Part shown: piece by piece, positions 60,215 to 64,000 of the stretch | Layout: every line of letters begins with the position of its first letter | Numbering within the stretch: position 1 is the stretch's first letter | Assembly: GCA_001179505.1 (NCBI GenBank) | Contig: CDMY01000273.1 | Coordinates: 76,567-140,566 of the forward strand | DNA: 64,000 nucleotides | From: Vitrella brassicaformis CCMP3155 | Taxonomy: Eukaryota; Protista; Chromerida | Direction of reading: 5' to 3' | The notes under the pieces: model-generated | Seen by the model: only the letters and a program-made list of their open reading frames with translations | Databases searched by the model: none | Told to the model about the DNA's origin: nothing | Position numbers and translations under genes: made by a program

Positions 60215-60810
60215 GACACGACTCTTTGCAAACTGATGACTGGAACGTGTAGTGCTTGTGCGCGTGTGGCTGGGTGCCTGTCTGCCATGAGATGGTTGAC
60301 GTACTGATGAGATGGTTGACGTCAAGCCACTCTCAGTTCCCTAGTGAACTGACTCTCAGCTGAGAGGGAAACGGACAGGGTGTTGAACGACAGCTGAACA
60401 CGACTCTTTGCAGATTGATCGATAATTAATTACTCTCACCCGGACTCTGATTGAATGAAGGCCATTTCACCATGGATAATTAAGGTCTCTGACTGACTCA
60501 GCCAACGACCGCTGCTGCTTCCGTAGAATTCGAACGGGAGACCGAGAAGCACTCACAGATACACACACATTAACATGACGTCAGTGTCCTATGCATTCAT
60601 TCGTGTTCTTTCCATCCATCCATCCATCCATCCATCCATCCGTCCGTCCGTCCGTCCGTCAGTCCGTCTGCCGTACACACACACGTGTGCCGTCCATCCA
60701 CCAACCAGCAACGCATCCTTGCCATGCCGTCCAAAGAGAAACACGACTCTTTGCAGATTGATGACTAGAACGTGTAGTGCGCGTGTGGCTGGATGTCTGT
60801 CTGCATGACG
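60215..60810. repeat. Dispersed short repeat: acacgactctttgca(g/a)a(t/c)tgat at ~60216, ~60400 and ~60742; two copies extend ~70 bp
   Basis: Copies 1 and 3 continue with gac(t)(g/a)gaacgtgtagtgc..gcgtgtggctgg. Confidence 0.8.
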
Positions 60811-61319
60811 GCAGTTATCACACCCATCAATGCCCTCGAAACACCACCCCCGAGCCGTCCTATTCAAGTTGTGTTTCGAGGGCTCTCGACTGATAGGCTT
60901 TAAGGTAACGGAAAGCGACCAGATCGTCTGATCTCGAGTTTATCGGGCATCAACTCGTACCCTAGGCTTTGCATCCCTGGGGAGGGGGAGGAGCCAGTTT
61001 CTTTGCTTTTGAGTCGATGGCTGCTGTAGCATATCCCCGCTGAAGCTTTCTTCGCCCAGACCTGCGCCTGTGGCCATGTCTGATATCGGCAGCGGAGGGC
61101 TGCACCACATGGACCAACGTGTTTCCGCGTTGCCCAGCAGCTCTCATTGGACCCACTAGTGTGCTCGGACACCAGCCAGCAGTGTCGCCAGTCGAGTCGC
61201 CGGACGACTGCAGGCGGCAGAAGGCATCTGTGTGTTTGGTCTCGCCAGCCTCTCCCGTCCCCTTTGTGTGTGTTGAGTGGCGGCCTTTGTGCTGACTGAG
61301 GGTGTTGTGGTGCGCCGGT

Positions 61320-63064
61320 GCGATGCCGATATCGCGTTTCAACGAAACGGGGCTCAAGCCCCTCCCGACCTCCGACGAGCCGCTCGACGTCGACATAGAG
61401 GTACGCCCGGTGCGTCGCTGGGTCCAGGGGCGCGTGCCGTCAGTCAGGATACCGTTGTGTGCGGTGTCTGTGTGTTTGTGGGCGTGCAGACGTTTCCCGA
61501 CTTCGACCACATGCTGTATTACTTTGAGTTTGCGTACATCGGCGAAGCTGGGCGAGGCGGGTACGTACCCACACGACGACACGGAGACAGACAGACAGAC
61601 AGACGCACTCACTCAGGGACCACCAAGTCATCCATCCATTCGTGTGTATGGGGGGGTGCCATATGTCTGCTGTCTCTGCCTCAGCAATGGGTTCCTGATC
61701 AAGGTGGAGCACAAGTTCAACACTGGCCAGCTGTGGGCCGTCAAGGCCATCCCGCGCAGCTCGTTCGGGTCTGTATGCTATGCCACACAACACGCCACAG
61801 GACGCCACACCATAACGTCCCTCTCCCTCCCTCCCTCATTCATTCAAGTGTGTTGTCTTGTGCACATTACATTGTGTGTGTGCAAGGAGGCGCCAGGCCT
61901 GTGCACCGAGGCCGAGTTTGCCTCGAAGTACGCCCACCTCGTCCGGCTGCCCCTCTGCAAAAACCTCTGTGCCATCACTGACGTCGTCCAGGACGACACC
62001 TGGTTCTATGTCGTGATGGATTTCGCTGAGGGCGGGGTTTGCCCAGACGGACCGCTTCCCGAGGACGACGCCAGGCGCATCGCAAGGGACATATTCAACG
62101 GCCTCGAGATGCTGCACTCACATGGCGTAAGCAGCCAGCCAGGGAGTGAGTGGGTGGATGTAGGAGGGAGCCACCAACTACTGTACTGTGCGTGTGTGTG
62201 CAGCTGACCCACGGTGACGTGTCGCTCAACAATATTATGAAGACGGGCAAGGACAAGCGCGAGAGATACATGTTGGTCGACTTCGACAACGTATTGACGC
62301 CCACCAGCCCCAAACCAATCTCTGTCATCGGCACACCCAAGTTCCTCGTAAGCCACTCATCCAACCCACAGACACGCACACACGCACACACACACACACA
62401 GACACAGACACTGCATCTGTTGATCTCTCTGTGAGTGTGGCGGGCACTGGCAGGCCCCTGAGGGCATCTCGCGTTTCGAGTATTCTCCCGCCAGCGACAT
62501 GTGGGCCATGGGCGTCGCCATGTACGCACACACACACACTGTCAACACACACATGACACCCATGTGTATGTGTGGTGTGTTGTGGTGTGCAGCTATCAGT
62601 TGCTGACGGGACGGTATCCGTTCAACATACGAGACGACGGCGCCATCGACGAAGGCCGACTGCTGTGGAAGATGCATCGGGTGGGTGGGGGGGTGAGCGA
62701 TCCATCCATCCATCCAGCCGTCCAGCCGACCAGCCGACCATTCATTCATTCATTCTGTCTGTCGTGTGTGTCCATTTGGGTGCGGTGCAGGGCGTTTACT
62801 TCTACCCGCACGACGCCGTGTCGCCGCTGGCTAAGGACCTGGTGCGGAAGCTCTTGACGGCGGACCCTGACAGCCGCATCCAATCAGGTGCGGTGGACAC
62901 GTGAGAGTCGTGATTCTCTGACACACACGAGTGTGTCTATGTGTGTCCGTCTGTCTGTTCGTGTGTGTACAGCGTCTAAGGCGTTAGAGCACCCCTGGCT
63001 GAGTGCGGCCGGCAACCCCGAGCCCACCCACTCTTCGCCATGCCCTCCCTGTAGCGACGAATGA
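61320..63064 (+). CDS. Ser/Thr protein kinase with atypical motifs (CAMK-like fold; 5' end uncertain)
   Basis: Spliced G-loop GRGGNG, WAVK, YVVMDFAEGG, catalytic loop HGDVSLNNI, DFD in place of DFG, GTPKFLAPE, SDMWAMGV, LLTGRYPF, SPLAKDLVRKLL..DP..RI, ALEHPWL. Confidence 0.88.
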
Positions 63065-63907
63065 GTTTGTTGTGATGGGCAAGGAGCCACACGCCAGGCC
63101 TTCCTTCGTGTGTGCGGCCGGCAAGTCAGTGCAGACAGAGAGGCAGTCGTGGTGCGTGGGAGAGAGGCCTTCGTGTGTGTGTTGGTTGACGCATGCCTTT
63201 GGGGGGTTGGGGTGTTGTGCTATGCGTGCTGACAGCGTCCATCGATGGATGTTTGTATGTGTACATATGGTGTCCTCATTCATGTGTGTGCGCTGAGATG
63301 CGTCCGTGTGTGTGTATAGCGATCGACCGACCGTGGGCGTGGGCAGACGTACTCGTCAATCTGTGTGCAGCTGGTCATCCCTGTAGCCATTTGGAGAGTC
63401 CACCACGGATGGGTCCTGTCCAGCCATGCAGGCACGACGAACGGAGGTCGGTCAGGCAAACGGGTCTATTAATGTATGTATGTTAGGAGAGCACAAGCAG
63501 GCACATTGACATCTAGAAAAGAGGCAGGACACATCACATAGCCACAGGGCATCGAGTGCATCCTCGCCGCCCCGCCTGTCAGTCTGTCAGCCCTATTGAA
63601 AAGCAAGCCAACACCACCGCCTGCCCTTCTGAACAGGTGAGCCACGCCAGCCATCCCCTCCCACGTAACCACATCATGCGCACCCGCCTGCAGCGCCAAC
63701 ACCCTCCCTCCGTCACTCATCCGACAGTGACGGTGATCTCAGTGCCATCGATGGCCACCCCCTCCATCATCTTGTTCATCGGGAGTTACACACGTAAAGG
63801 TCCATCGTCATCTTGCCTGACTGAACATACACACACACACACACACACAGAGACAGCAGCATGACAGTGGATCTGCGTGTGGGTGTGTGTCCTGGTGTGT
63901 GTCAGAT

Positions 63908-64000
63908 CATGGGAATGAGGAGGAAACCTTACATGATGATGTTCGCCTCGACACAGGTGCTTGCCTTCCTTGTGCTGGCCTTCCTGGTGCGCAATGTCGT
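63908..64000 (+). CDS. Possible BT1 folate/biopterin transporter exon (truncated by window end)
   Basis: After a cag acceptor: IMGMRRKPYMMMFASTQVLAFLVLAFLV, resembling the BT1 PI.G.RRKPY motif plus a TM helix; upstream exons not resolved. Confidence 0.35.

Noticed and set aside
1-64000. Many long ORFs in the supplied track rich in CV/HT/THT or overlapping on the opposite strand
   Set aside because: They are translations of (TG)n/(CA)n intronic microsatellites or antisense shadows of GC-rich exons
1-64000. tRNA, rRNA or spliced-leader genes
   Set aside because: None recognised by eye; a covariance-model scan would be needed to exclude small ncRNAs

Overview
Eukaryotic, intron-rich, microsatellite-laden DNA. 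The plastid-targeted LHC and uL22, CPW-WPC protein, flagellar genes and (CA)n/(TG)n introns best fit a chromerid alga such as Vitrella brassicaformis (inference, not a database match). About 22 protein genes can be supported, mostly in tight head-to-head pairs: UBA1 (3' part), LHC, RlmL-like methyltransferase, REXO4, cyclin, a lineage-specific protein, a helical-repeat protein, CFAP53, DRC5, succinyl-CoA ligase beta, uL16m, plastid uL22, a secreted coiled-coil protein, a PhyH dioxygenase, ALG9, an ARM-like protein, CFAP300, a DUF2470-like+DUF1995 protein, a sugar-phosphate-cyclase/O-methyltransferase fusion, CPW-WPC, an atypical kinase and a possible BT1 transporter fragment. There are three 300-N placeholder gaps, two of them next to near-identical duplications. 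Main candidates for novelty: (1) a gene with at least two tandem sedoheptulose-7-phosphate-cyclase domains carrying a mixed EEVS/DDGS active-site fingerprint, fused to a MysB-type O-methyltransferase (mycosporine/gadusol-type sunscreen chemistry); (2) a cyclin gene that appears to have captured the 3' exons of CFAP53 by inverted duplication; (3) introns with a strand-polarised 5'-(CA)n ... (TG)n-3' layout that could self-pair. Exon boundaries were read by eye and gene ends are approximate where stated.
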